In this document: positions 1 through 9,593 of the stretch, one piece after another | Numbering within the stretch: the stretch's first letter is position 1 | Layout: the number at the start of each line of letters is the position of its first letter | NCBI GenBank assembly: GCA_963808235.1 | Contig: CAWEEQ010000004.1 | Coordinates: forward strand, 1,792,001 to 1,856,000 | Direction: 5' to 3' | Length of the DNA: 64,000 nt | Source of the DNA: an uncultured delta proteobacterium | GTDB lineage: Bacteria; Desulfobacterota; Binatia; Binatales; Binataceae | Notes under the pieces: generated by a model | Seen by the model: only the letters and a program-made list of their open reading frames with translations | What the model was told of the DNA's origin: nothing | Database searches by the model: none | Made by a program: the position numbers and the translations under genes

Positions 1-1
1 A

Positions 2-124
2 AAACAGGAAGCCGCCAAGCTGAGTTCGCAAGACCAGATGCGCGCCGGACGAATCGACGCCGATCGCGCCGCAATGGCCGCCAGCCGCGGAAAAAATGGA
101 CAGCAGAGGTCGCGTGACATATGA
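2..124 (+). CDS. kaiC: C-terminal tail of a probable KaiC-family ATPase (partial, truncated by window edge)
   Basis: Open frame KQEAAKLSSQDQMRAGRIDADRAAMAASRGKNGQQRSRDI* whose TGA overlaps the kaiB ATG (ATGA). Identity inferred from the usual kaiC-kaiB-kaiB-kinase order and a DRAAMAxSR-type tail. Confidence 0.5.
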   Translation, partial: KQEAAKLSSQDQMRAGRIDADRAAMAASRGKNGQQRSRDI

Positions 125-474
125 TCAGGAGGAAGAAACGCGCGGCCAAACCGACTCGCACAGCCAAGTCCAACGGCAAAGCGAGGTCGAAGAGTGAGGT
201 GTGGAACCTGCGCCTCTACATCGCCGGGCAAACCACCAAGTCGATCGCGGCTATCGCCAATCTAAAACGCATCTGCGAAGGGTATAAGCCGATCCGCTTT
301 AAAGTTGATGTGATCGATTTGATGCAGAAACCGCACCTGGCGCGCCACGATCAGATAGTCGCGATACCGACGCTGATTCGGGACGTTCCCGTGCCCATCA
401 AGCGCATCATCGGAGATCTCTCCGCAACCGAACGGGTGCTCGTCGGTCTGGACCTGATACCGCCAAAAGCCTAA
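121..474 (+). CDS. kaiB: KaiB-family protein
   Basis: LRLYIAGQT..S..AIANLKRICE, VIDL..P.LA..DQIVAIPTL, IIGDLS motifs. Confidence 0.9.
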   Translation: MIRRKKRAAKPTRTAKSNGKARSKSEVWNLRLYIAGQTTKSIAAIANLKRICEGYKPIRFKVDVIDLMQKPHLARHDQIVAIPTLIRDVPVPIKRIIGDLSATERVLVGLDLIPPKA

Positions 475-496
475 TCAAGAATAGAGGACTGCTGCG

Positions 497-826
497 ATGC
501 CGATCGCGCTAACAAAAAAACGCCGCGCGATGCTCAAAGGCCAGCTATACGTGCTGCGGCTTTATACCAGCGGATCCACTCCCCGCTCCGCGCGAGCGAT
601 CCGAAATCTCAAGCGTATCTGCGAAAGCCGGCTCGAGGGGCGCTACCAGCTCGACGTTATCGATATCTACCAGCAGCCGGGACGCGCGCAGCGCGATCAG
701 ATAATCGCGACTCCAACCTTGATCAAGGAAGAGCCCTCGCCGCGCCGTGTCCTGGTCGGTGACTTCTCGCGCGATGACCGCGTGCTCGCCGGTCTGTCGC
801 TCCCGCCGTTATCGGCCACATCATGA
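497..826 (+). CDS. kaiB: Second KaiB-family protein
   Basis: YVLRLYTSGSTPRSARAIRNLKRICE, DQIIATPTLIK, LVGDFS motifs; GAGGA RBS upstream. Confidence 0.88.
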   Translation: MPIALTKKRRAMLKGQLYVLRLYTSGSTPRSARAIRNLKRICESRLEGRYQLDVIDIYQQPGRAQRDQIIATPTLIKEEPSPRRVLVGDFSRDDRVLAGLSLPPLSATS

Positions 827-3021
827 AGAAGTCAACCAGCCGCCCCAAATCCGGGCGTATCGCCAAGGGCGCCAAAACCAAGACTCCCGCCGGTTCTCGA
901 TCGGCCGTTTCGAAAAGCGCCTCCCGGCCGCGGCGGCAGGAACTCGCGGAACTTCGGCGCAGAGTCGAAGTCGCAGAAATGACGCTCGACGCGATCCGCT
1001 CCGGCGAGGCCGATGCGCTCGTGATCTCCGGCGCCGAAGGCGACCGCGTATTCACCCTTAAGGGCGCCGACCAGCCCTACCGCGTCCTGGTCGAGTCCAT
1101 GAACGAAGGCGCGGTCACCCTGACCCCTGACGGCATCCTGCTCTACTGCAATCGTCACTTTGCCGACCTGCTCGGCCTGCCGCTGGAAAAAGTGATGGGC
1201 AGCTCCTTATATGAAGTCGTCCCGGCAAGTGAGCACGCGCAGCTCGAAGCTCTCCTGCAGCAGGGCAAATCCGGCGGGAGCAAGACCGAGCTGACGCTTA
1301 GCGGTTCTCGCGGCGCAATCAGCGTCCAGCTATCCGCCACCGCTTTGCAGGTCGATGGGCTCAAGGCGGTGAGCGTCATCGTCACCGATCTGACCGAGCG
1401 GCGACGCAGCGAGCAAATCATCGCGTCCGAAAACCTCGCGCGATCGATTCTCGATCAGGCCGCCGAGTCGATCGTCGTTTGCGATCCTGAAGGTCGCATC
1501 GTCCGCGCCAACCCGTCGGCAATCGAGCTCTGCGGGCAGAACCCATTGTTGCGTCAATTTACCGAGGTATTCCCGCTGCGCGGAGTTCGGCAGGCAAGCG
1601 GACCTGAAGATCGCTCGCCGAGTAGCTTTATCTCCGGTACCAGTGAGACGCTGCGCAGCCTCGGCGCGGTTCTGATCCGTCCGAATCTGCCTCCAGTCGA
1701 GGTGCTGATCAGCGCCGGCCCGCTCTCGACCGCCGACGGCGAACCACTCGGACGCGTGATCACGCTGACCGATATCAGCGCGCTGGCCCGGGTCCAACGC
1801 GTCCAGCGCTTTCTTGCCGAAACAAGCGCCCAGTTGGTGCAATCTCTGGATCTGGAAGGCAAACTTCGGAACCTGGTCCGCGCGGTGGTCGGCGAATTTG
1901 CCGATTGGTGCTCGGTTGAAGTGATCGAGCAGCGCGGCCTGATGCGAGCGATAGGCTCGCGAGGAACTGGTCGAGAAATCGATATCTCGGTTGAGGTCGT
2001 CGAGTCCGGCGAAGATGCTTCAGAGCGATTCGAATCGCTGCGCCGGGCTGCCGACGGCGGGGTTCATGAATTGCGGAAGTCCGCGCGCGACGACCGCGCC
2101 CGGGAGCTCTATGGGCGCGGGGCGCGTTCGGTAATCTCGATCCCGCTGATCGCGCGCGGCGGCTCTTTCGGAGCGATGACGCTGGCCTCCTTCGACGCCG
2201 ATCACATTTACGGGCCTCAAGACCTCGCGTTTGCGTCTGAACTGGGTCATCGCGCCGCAAATGCGATCGACAATGCGCGGCTCTATCGCGAGGCCGAAGA
2301 CGCGGTCAAAGAGCGCGACGAGTTCATGTCGATCGCCGCCCATGAAATGCGCACACCTTTGATGGCTCTCGGTCTTCAATTGAGCAACCTGATGCGCCTC
2401 GTCTCGAGCGCTCCCACAGAAACTCTAGAGACGAAAATCAAGAAAGCTATCGGGCAGACCGATCGGATGGCCAAGCTTATCGATCATCTCCTCGACGTGT
2501 CCCGGATCACCGCCGGCCAACTCGTCCTGGAACCCGCGAATTGCGACCTGTCCGAAGTAGTACGTGAAAGCGTCGAGCGCTTCGCCGAAGAGGCCAGCCG
2601 CGCCGGAGTTGAGCTCCAGATGCGCCTGGAGCCTGGCGTAAAAGGGACTTGGGATAGTTTCCGGCTCGAGCAGGCGGTCACCAACCTGGTGTCCAACGCG
2701 ATAAAGTACGGAGACGGGAAGCCTGTTGAGGTGGTTCTCGAAACCAACCCCCGCGGGGCGCGGTTGATCGTTCGAGACAATGGAATCGGAATCGCGGAGA
2801 AAGACTTACGCCGCGTCTTCGAGCCCTTCCAGCGCTCGACCATGGTTCGCAGCTTCAGCGGACTCGGCCTCGGACTCCACATCACAAGCCAGATCGTGCG
2901 GGCCCACGGCGGCGAGCTTCGAGTGAAAAGCAAACTCGGCGAGGGATCCTCGTTTGTCGTCGATTTGCCGCATGGTGCACAGGCATCCGCTTCTGCTCCG
3001 GAACATTTTCTTTCGCGCTAG
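823..3021 (+). CDS. PAS-PAS-GAF sensor histidine kinase
   Basis: Two PAS segments, GAF (ADWC..., PLIARG, AIDNARLY), H-box AAHEMRTPL, N-box NLVSNAIKY, G-boxes DNGIGI and GLGLGL. Confidence 0.92.
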   Translation: MKKSTSRPKSGRIAKGAKTKTPAGSRSAVSKSASRPRRQELAELRRRVEVAEMTLDAIRSGEADALVISGAEGDRVFTLKGADQPYRVLVESMNEGAVTLTPDGILLYCNRHFADLLGLPLEKVMGSSLYEVVPASEHAQLEALLQQGKSGGSKTELTLSGSRGAISVQLSATALQVDGLKAVSVIVTDLTERRRSEQIIASENLARSILDQAAESIVVCDPEGRIVRANPSAIELCGQNPLLRQFTEVFPLRGVRQASGPEDRSPSSFISGTSETLRSLGAVLIRPNLPPVEVLISAGPLSTADGEPLGRVITLTDISALARVQRVQRFLAETSAQLVQSLDLEGKLRNLVRAVVGEFADWCSVEVIEQRGLMRAIGSRGTGREIDISVEVVESGEDASERFESLRRAADGGVHELRKSARDDRARELYGRGARSVISIPLIARGGSFGAMTLASFDADHIYGPQDLAFASELGHRAANAIDNARLYREAEDAVKERDEFMSIAAHEMRTPLMALGLQLSNLMRLVSSAPTETLETKIKKAIGQTDRMAKLIDHLLDVSRITAGQLVLEPANCDLSEVVRESVERFAEEASRAGVELQMRLEPGVKGTWDSFRLEQAVTNLVSNAIKYGDGKPVEVVLETNPRGARLIVRDNGIGIAEKDLRRVFEPFQRSTMVRSFSGLGLGLHITSQIVRAHGGELRVKSKLGEGSSFVVDLPHGAQASASAPEHFLSR

Positions 3022-3137
3022 CTCATACCGGACCGCGTTTTCCCGCCGTAAGAAGCATTTCAGCTAGATTTCGCTAGTGCAGAAGCGCCCAGAGAGCGCT
3101 AGGTGCGGGAGGATGTTATGGCCTCCCGGGTTCCGCT

Positions 3138-3537
3138 ATGCTTGGCGACGTGACCGGCGGGAAAAACGAAGAATGCGCCATCCTGGTGATCGAAGATGAC
3201 GAGGATGTGCGCCAGGCGATGGTCGCTATCCTGGAGATGAAAGGCTACAGCGTCGCGTCCGCAGAAAACGGCAAGGCGGCGATGGACTACCTCCGCGCCG
3301 CGCCCATTCCCAACCTCATCATTACCGACCTGTCGATGCCCGTGATGGACGGCAGGCAATTCCGCCGCGAGCAAGTCAAAGACGCACGCCTGGCAAATGT
3401 TCCGCTGTTGGTAATAACGGCGATGAATGATCGAAACGGCATCGACGCAAACGAGATCCTGCGCAAGCCGGTCGAACGTCGATCATCTGCTCGCGACGGT
3501 CAGCCGCTACTGCGAGCCGGAGTCGACCCCGCGATGA
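3138..3537 (+). CDS. Single-domain response regulator with a +1 frameshift near 3475
   Basis: ILVIEDD, DLSMPVMDG, ITA, RKPV. Removing one base near 3475 gives KPVDVDHLLATVSRYCEPESTPR* ending at a TGA that overlaps the next ATG. Confidence 0.75.
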
Positions 3538-4676
3538 GCGCCAAGGACCAGCCGCCTGAGAGCCCCTTTGTAACGCGCGATCACGAGTTACTTTCTTCGC
3601 TGGTGATGACTGATTTGCCCGCTCGCGTCTGGGTCAAAGATTCGAGCGGCCGATACGTCTTCGTGAATTCCCGGCTCACATCGGAGCTCGGCATCGATCG
3701 CGAAAAGTGGATCGGCTCCAAAGACGACGAACTGTTTCCAAACGTCGGCCACGTTTACTGGCGCAAGGACCTGCAGGTCTTGTCGTCGGGAAACACGCTG
3801 GTGACCACCGACCAGGTCGAGAAAGGGAAAACGATTTTCGTAGTGAGATTTCTGCTCGATGTCGATGGTCAGCCGCACGTCGCCGCGGTAGGCCTCGATA
3901 CGACCGAGCATATATCGGCGCTGATCGGCATCTTTCAACTGCGCGACGAGCTTTTTCGAAGCGAACGCCTGCGATCGATCGGCGAGATGGCTTCGGGCTT
4001 CGCCCACGATCTGAAAAACATTCTCAACGCCGGAGCCATAAGGCTCAACATCCTGCGCGCGAAAGCCGGCAGCGGGTTGACCGGCGACCTCGATGCGCTC
4101 GATAGAACGATCAAGGCCGCTGCCGACCGGGCCCGCAGTCTTCAGGATTTTGTGAATGCGCGACCGCAGGAGACGCTCGAGCCGTCCGATTTGTCGGTTC
4201 TGATTCGCGAGGCGGTCGAGATGGTGGATTTTCTGATTTTCAAGAGCCCGACCGTGAACGGCGGCACGATTAATCTCGAGCGTAAGCTGCCGGCCTCATT
4301 GCCAAAGGTCCCTACTTTTCCAAACCAGTTGAAGCACGTGATCGCGAACCTGCTGATTAACGGCCGCGAGGCGATGCCCGACGGCGGCAATCTGCTGATC
4401 GAGGCAAAGAAAAATACCTCGAACGTCGAAGTCGTCGTCGCCGATGAAGGCACTGGTATCTCCGCAGACATCGCGGAGAAAATTTTTGACCCTTTTTTCA
4501 CCACCAAGCAGATGGGTACTGGTCTCGGCCTCTCGATGGCGCGCGACGTGATGACCCGCATCGGAGGCGATATTCGCGTCGTAAATCGCGCTCCGCGTGG
4601 AGCGGCATTCACCTTGATTTTCCCAATCCCGGCAAGCTCGGCGCCTGGAACCGGCGCTCCCAATGCCGACGGATGA
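3534..4676 (+). CDS. PAS-domain sensor histidine kinase
   Basis: PAS (WVKDSSGRYVFVN), H-box FAHDLKN, NLLINGREAM, DEGTGI, FDPFFTTK, GTGLGL. Confidence 0.88.
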   Translation: MSAKDQPPESPFVTRDHELLSSLVMTDLPARVWVKDSSGRYVFVNSRLTSELGIDREKWIGSKDDELFPNVGHVYWRKDLQVLSSGNTLVTTDQVEKGKTIFVVRFLLDVDGQPHVAAVGLDTTEHISALIGIFQLRDELFRSERLRSIGEMASGFAHDLKNILNAGAIRLNILRAKAGSGLTGDLDALDRTIKAAADRARSLQDFVNARPQETLEPSDLSVLIREAVEMVDFLIFKSPTVNGGTINLERKLPASLPKVPTFPNQLKHVIANLLINGREAMPDGGNLLIEAKKNTSNVEVVVADEGTGISADIAEKIFDPFFTTKQMGTGLGLSMARDVMTRIGGDIRVVNRAPRGAAFTLIFPIPASSAPGTGAPNADG

Positions 4677-4741
4677 GGCGGCCTGGATTCGAATCGAAGA
4701 ATCGATTGCGCGCTTTTCCCGTTTGCTGATAACTCGTAGCC

Positions 4742-5461
4742 ATGTCTCTCAGTGCTAAAACCGTCGTCATCCTTGGTGGCAGCTCAGGCATCGGACTCGC
4801 CACCGCCAGCGCCGCGCTGACGCAGCATGCCGACGTGATCATCACCGGCCGATCACGCGAGCGGCTCGACTCGGCGGTTCGTGAATTGGGCTCTCGCGTG
4901 CGCGCGATCGCACTCGATGCGGGCGACGAAGCGGGCACAGGTGCGATGTTTGACGGGATCGATCACGTCGATCACATCTTCGTGAGCGCGGGCGGAGTCA
5001 CCCCTGATGCGGCGCTCACCGTCGAAGTCAGTGCGATGCGCCCCGCGATGGACGTGCGTCTGTGGGGCGCGGTCTACGCCGCCAAGTACGGCGGTCGCAA
5101 GATGGGCGCAGGCGGCTCGATCACGTTCATGTCGGGGACAGCAGCGATGCGCCCGATAGCCGGCGCGACGGTCGGCTCAGCTTCATGCGCCGCAGTCGAA
5201 GGCCTCGCGCGATCGCTCGCGGTTGACCTGTCTCCCATCCGCGTCAACGCAATTTGCCCGGGACTAATCGACACTCCGCTAATAGAGACCTTCATAGGCG
5301 GCGAGAACAAAGACGCGATCGTCGCGAGCTACACCAAGCGCTTCCCGGTAAAGCGGATGGGCCGCGCCGAAGAAGTAGCCGACGCCGTACTCTTCCTGAT
5401 GAAGAACGAATACGTGAATGGTACGACGCTCGTAATCGACGGCGGCGGCTCGCTGGTTTGA
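4742..5461 (+). CDS. Short-chain dehydrogenase/reductase
   Basis: GGSSGIG, RVNAICPG, IDGGG. The catalytic YxxxK appears degenerate (GSASC). Confidence 0.88.
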   Translation: MSLSAKTVVILGGSSGIGLATASAALTQHADVIITGRSRERLDSAVRELGSRVRAIALDAGDEAGTGAMFDGIDHVDHIFVSAGGVTPDAALTVEVSAMRPAMDVRLWGAVYAAKYGGRKMGAGGSITFMSGTAAMRPIAGATVGSASCAAVEGLARSLAVDLSPIRVNAICPGLIDTPLIETFIGGENKDAIVASYTKRFPVKRMGRAEEVADAVLFLMKNEYVNGTTLVIDGGGSLV

Positions 5462-5638
5462 GCGCGCAAATGTTCTCCGCGCGCCCTCTCCGCTGATTCT
5501 CACTCATCTTTGGTTCCCTGCATCACACAATTCAGTCCGGCAGCATCGCATTCCGATGTATGTCGACTGGCATGGGAGTAAAGATGAGTAGTCCCTCTAG
5601 AACCGCCTCAGCCGAGACATCATAAATAGGAGTCTGAA

Positions 5639-5986
5639 ATGAAATACGCATCCAATTCCGCAATAGCTATTTGTGCTGGTATTGCGATGGCATGTCTGGT
5701 CGGCTGCGCGCCGACTACTCACGTCACGGAAACCACGACGACCAGGGAATACGACACTACCAATCCGCCAGTGATGGTGGCGCCGGTCGCGAATTCGAAT
5801 ACGACCACAACCACCCAATATGACAACGGCACCGTGCAGCGAACCTATAGCCAGCCCGCTCCTTACGTGTATTCGCAGCCCGCTCCGTACATAGCTCCGG
5901 CGCAAAGCTCAACCACGGTGACTACGAATTCCGACGACGGCGCCACCCAGAAGCAGACAACCACGACCTACGCCGCGCCGTACTAG
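5639..5986 (+). CDS. Thr-rich lipoprotein, hypothetical
   Basis: AGGAG RBS, lipobox LVGC, poly-Thr runs, tandem YSQPAPY repeat. Confidence 0.7.
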   Translation: MKYASNSAIAICAGIAMACLVGCAPTTHVTETTTTREYDTTNPPVMVAPVANSNTTTTTQYDNGTVQRTYSQPAPYVYSQPAPYIAPAQSSTTVTTNSDDGATQKQTTTTYAAPY

Positions 5987-6124
5987 CAATCGCTGAGTGC
6001 GCGCTACGCGCGCGAGATTCGAGGTCGGCGGAATCGGTTCGTCTCATTAGCGATTGCTGTTCGGTGAGCCGCACTTGTGATTTTCCGCGCACAAGCGCGC
6101 GCTCTCTTGTCTTCGCGAACGTGA

Positions 6125-6556
6125 ATGAAATTCAGTAAGATCGAATACACGCACCTGAATGCGCGCCAAAAAGAGAACTTCAATTTTCAGAAAGTGTCGG
6201 CGATTCTCGCGGACTATGGTTTCATTACAATTCGACTTTCTGACGACTGGCAGGGCGCGGATTTTATCGCGCTGCACATCAGCGGCTCGTCAGTGCGCGT
6301 TCAGTTGAAAAGCCGCCTCGGTTTCGACAATAAGTATCGTGGCAAAGATCTTCACGTAGTATTCGGCGAAGGCGGCGCCTGGTATCTGTATCCGCACGAC
6401 GAGTTGTTTGACAAAGTCCTTAAGGCAACCAAAATTGGCAACACTAGCTCGATACGCGAGCGTGGCGGATATAATTTCCAGCGGATTCCGACCTCGATCG
6501 CGCATTTGATCGAGCCGTATCGAATCAGTGGAGACACCAAGCCTCTGACGGAATAG
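6125..6556 (+). CDS. Hypothetical protein with PD-(D/E)XK nuclease-like motif
   Basis: GADFIA...VRVQLKSR resembles the PD...(E/Q)xK core; more AT-rich than neighbours. Confidence 0.55.
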   Translation: MKFSKIEYTHLNARQKENFNFQKVSAILADYGFITIRLSDDWQGADFIALHISGSSVRVQLKSRLGFDNKYRGKDLHVVFGEGGAWYLYPHDELFDKVLKATKIGNTSSIRERGGYNFQRIPTSIAHLIEPYRISGDTKPLTE

Positions 6557-6630
6557 CGCGCCCGGAGGGATTCGAACCCCCAACCCTCAGATCCGAAGTC
6601 TGATGCTCTATCCAGTTGAGCTACGGGCGC
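6557..6630 (-). tRNA. tRNA-Arg (anticodon UCG), CCA not encoded
   Basis: Reverse complement GCGCCCGTAGCTCAACTGGATAGAGCATCAGACTTCGGATCTGAGGGTTGGGGGTTCGAATCCCTCCGGGCGCG folds as a cloverleaf with anticodon loop CTTCGGA. Confidence 0.95.
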
Positions 6631-6709
6631 GAGTTTTTCACGGCGCTGCGAGCATCCGCTAAATTAGCAGATCGACTGCCGTTATGTACTCCTGAATCGA
6701 CGCAGGCGC

Positions 6710-7882
6710 CTACTGGCCTGGCGGAAAATCCAGCGTCCGGCGAATCGTGGTCGGAAACAGGGACGGTGGCGACGGCGCCAGGTAGTTACTCAGATCGAAA
6801 TCGCGGCCGTAGCTGCTGACCACTACTTTGCCGTTCTTAAGCACATCGACCAGGGTGAATCCATAATAGAAAGGTTTGCCGGCGAGCTCCCAGAGCGCGT
6901 CTTCCTTGGAGCCGCCGTTGCCCGCGATGATCTGCACGGTGTGCTGGAGCATCGAGACCGGCGAGACCGGTACGCTGAAGTCCCAGAGGTGGGCATGAGC
7001 GACCAGGTAATAACCAACGCCGGCATTATTCAGCTCGTCCCAGAACTGGTTGCGGAGATCGGGATTAGAATCGAGCGCCTGCTCCGAGTTTGCGTCGGCG
7101 GGAGAAAAAGCCTGCTTATGACCCAGCACAAACGTATGCTTCAGGTGAGGGTCGCCGGCCGCGGACGCCAGATCCTGATGAAGCCAGTTGAGCGGAACCG
7201 TCGCGACCGCGCCGTACGGATCTGTGTTCAGAATCACGAAATGTGAATCGCGAAAGTCGAACGAGTAGGTGAACTGGCTCTGATCGGTCTGTAGATTATC
7301 GGCGCCGCCCGCCGGAGGACCGTTGTTTCCGGCGATGAACGGTTGCATCACGGAGAGCCACACTGCTTCGGCGCCGGGATTGGAGGTCTGCGAACCTTTC
7401 GCGCCCATCAGCGATTCGTGATTGCCGGGGAGCGCGATCAATCGAATCTTCCGGTCATTGCCGAGCTCGGAGTTCCGATACACATCGACCCAGGATTCCA
7501 GTTCATGGCGCAGTTCGTTCAGGTCGGGAGTGAGTCCAAGTACCATGTCACCGGTGAAGACGACAAAATCCGGCCGCGGCTTCAGCTCTGCGATTTCGGT
7601 GAAGCTGCGCTCCAATTGGGCGAGGTTCGCGGTGCTCGGATTTTCCGGCGTCTTGTCGCCCTTGAACACGCGGTTACATCCCATGAACACGAACGAGTAC
7701 TTGATCTTCTGCTTATTGTGCGGCTCCGCATCGTCGTCGTTCCAACTCTGCGCACTCGCAAAACTCGCGAAGCTTCCGATGACGACGACAACGATGGCGA
7801 GCATCGCAGCAGCCGCATCATATCTTCGAGCGCGCCGATGCCCCGTAGCTCCGCTTCGAGCAACACCCCCGCAACCAATCAT
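6710..7882 (-). CDS. Secreted calcineurin-like metallophosphoesterase
   Basis: Signal-like hydrophobic segment; motifs GD (FTGDMV), GNHE, GH, HAH. First motif reads GCNR. Confidence 0.8.
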   Translation of the reverse strand: MIGCGGVARSGATGHRRARRYDAAAAMLAIVVVVIGSFASFASAQSWNDDDAEPHNKQKIKYSFVFMGCNRVFKGDKTPENPSTANLAQLERSFTEIAELKPRPDFVVFTGDMVLGLTPDLNELRHELESWVDVYRNSELGNDRKIRLIALPGNHESLMGAKGSQTSNPGAEAVWLSVMQPFIAGNNGPPAGGADNLQTDQSQFTYSFDFRDSHFVILNTDPYGAVATVPLNWLHQDLASAAGDPHLKHTFVLGHKQAFSPADANSEQALDSNPDLRNQFWDELNNAGVGYYLVAHAHLWDFSVPVSPVSMLQHTVQIIAGNGGSKEDALWELAGKPFYYGFTLVDVLKNGKVVVSSYGRDFDLSNYLAPSPPSLFPTTIRRTLDFPPGQ

Positions 7883-7987
7883 GTAACGCTCCCCCTGCTT
7901 GCTCCGCGGAACCCGTTTCCTCCAAGTGCCGCGCGAGCGCGGACCACGCTATCACCTTTGATCGTTGCGGTTGATAGTTTGTGACGG

Positions 7988-8033
7988 TTGACTCGTCTGC
8001 GGCGGCAATAAAGAATGTGACTGACTGGTCAGT
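7988..8033 (+). promoter_or_regulatory. Sigma70-like promoter with TetR-type operator
   Basis: TTGACT-17 bp-AAGAAT followed by palindrome ACTGAC-TG-GTCAGT (8020-8033) just before the tetR ATG. Confidence 0.65.
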
Positions 8034-8035
8034 TT

Positions 8036-8695
8036 ATGAAAAATATCTCACAAAATTCACTCAAAACTAATAATGGTCGTCCAAACCCGATCAGCGAGCC
8101 GCTCCCCAAACACGAGCGCATCCTCGCCGCGGCGCTGAAACTTTTCGCTCACGAGCCCTACCAGGCAGTCACGATGGATCGAGTGGCGCACGCCGCCGGA
8201 GTCGCCAAGGGCACGCTCTATCTTTATTTTCCGTCCAAGGACGCGCTCTATCTTGGAATCCTGAGCACCGAGCTCGACAACGCGTATCGGACCCAGCAAA
8301 ACAGCGCCGATCCGCAACTGCCGCTGATCGAGCGGATGCGCCGTTCGATCGCGGTCACGGTGGAGTTTTACGATCGGCGCCGCGATTTTTTGCGCTTTTT
8401 CGCGACCGAGGAGCCGCGTCTTGCCGAAGCGCGCAATCGGATTATCGAAGCGGCGCGCGAGCGCAACTTCAATTTTTTCGCCTCGCTGATCGAGGAAGGA
8501 ATTCGCAACGGGGAATTCGCGCCGGTCGATCCGCGGCTCGCCACGTTCGCGATCCAGGGATCGATTCGATCGCTGCTGCTCTTCTATGGTTCGAGCCGCC
8601 CGGTCTCCGAGTTGAGCCGCGAACTCGGGAGCCTGATGCTGAAGGCGCTCGGCGAAAACCCGGTCCATTATTCCAAGCCGGGGCATCCGGACTAG
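8036..8695 (+). CDS. TetR/AcrR family regulator
   Basis: HTH ILAAALKLF...VAHAAGVAKGTLYLYFPSKDAL. Confidence 0.95.
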   Translation: MKNISQNSLKTNNGRPNPISEPLPKHERILAAALKLFAHEPYQAVTMDRVAHAAGVAKGTLYLYFPSKDALYLGILSTELDNAYRTQQNSADPQLPLIERMRRSIAVTVEFYDRRRDFLRFFATEEPRLAEARNRIIEAARERNFNFFASLIEEGIRNGEFAPVDPRLATFAIQGSIRSLLLFYGSSRPVSELSRELGSLMLKALGENPVHYSKPGHPD

Positions 8696-8708
8696 CGCGA
8701 ACTCAGCG

Positions 8709-9593
8709 ATGCGAACTTTAATCCGCCGGATTATCCGGCTCGCGATCTTTGCCGGCATCGTCGTGGGAATTTATTTCTTCGGACGAGTCTATCTGTGGCC
8801 GCCGGAAGATCGCTCGAAGATCCAGGCGGTCGGAATGATCGAGGCGCCCGAAGTTAATATCACCAGCCGAATCGCGGGCCGAATAAAACAGCTCAACCTG
8901 ATCGAAGGCGACCGGGTGCACAAGGGCGATGTCGTATGCCTGATCGAGGATATCGATCTGCGCAATCAACTCGCCAAGTCGAAGGCCGATCTCGCGCATG
9001 CGCAGGCTGATCTCGGGCAAGCACGGCGCGATCTCGCTCGCGACGAGCAGTTGTCGCGCGAAAACGTGATCGCGACAAAGATCCGCGATGACGCGATCAC
9101 GCTCGTCCAGGAGGACGAGGCCAACGTGCTCAGCGACGAAGCCAACGCGAAATTCTATGCGGACCAGGTCGTCGATACCGAGGTCAGGTCGCCGGTGGAT
9201 GGCGTCATCGTCTCCAAAGCTCTGGAGGTCGGCGAATGGGTCACGCCGGGCGTGCCGATTCTCACCGTTGACGATCTCTCCACGATTTGGGCGCGCGTCG
9301 ATGTGGAGGAAACCGATCTCGGCTCGCTCTACATCGGCAAGGCAGCGCAAATCGAATTGCCGACCGATCCGCCCCAGACCTTCACCGGCCGCGTCATGGC
9401 GATCGGACAGGAGGGCCAGTTCGCGACCGAGCGCGACGTGCGCCGCGGACGCCAGGATATTCGCACCTTCTACGTGAAGGTGCAGGTTCTGCAAGCAGAC
9501 GGCCAGCTCAAGCCCGGGATGACTGCGGAAGTTACTTTTCCGAGGCGCGATGGAACCCGAGTCACCAGCAATACAGACCAAAGACCTGACTAA
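8709..9593 (+). CDS. HlyD-family periplasmic adaptor
   Basis: N-terminal TM, lipoyl-like GRI..L...EGD.V.KG, RSPVDG, LKPGMTAEV. Confidence 0.9.
   Translation: MRTLIRRIIRLAIFAGIVVGIYFFGRVYLWPPEDRSKIQAVGMIEAPEVNITSRIAGRIKQLNLIEGDRVHKGDVVCLIEDIDLRNQLAKSKADLAHAQADLGQARRDLARDEQLSRENVIATKIRDDAITLVQEDEANVLSDEANAKFYADQVVDTEVRSPVDGVIVSKALEVGEWVTPGVPILTVDDLSTIWARVDVEETDLGSLYIGKAAQIELPTDPPQTFTGRVMAIGQEGQFATERDVRRGRQDIRTFYVKVQVLQADGQLKPGMTAEVTFPRRDGTRVTSNTDQRPD

Noticed and set aside
3138-4676. Apparent 512-aa receiver-PAS-kinase fusion in the ORF track
   Set aside because: The natural receiver C-terminus and an ATGA stop/start overlap exist in the shifted frame, so two genes plus one extra base explain it better.
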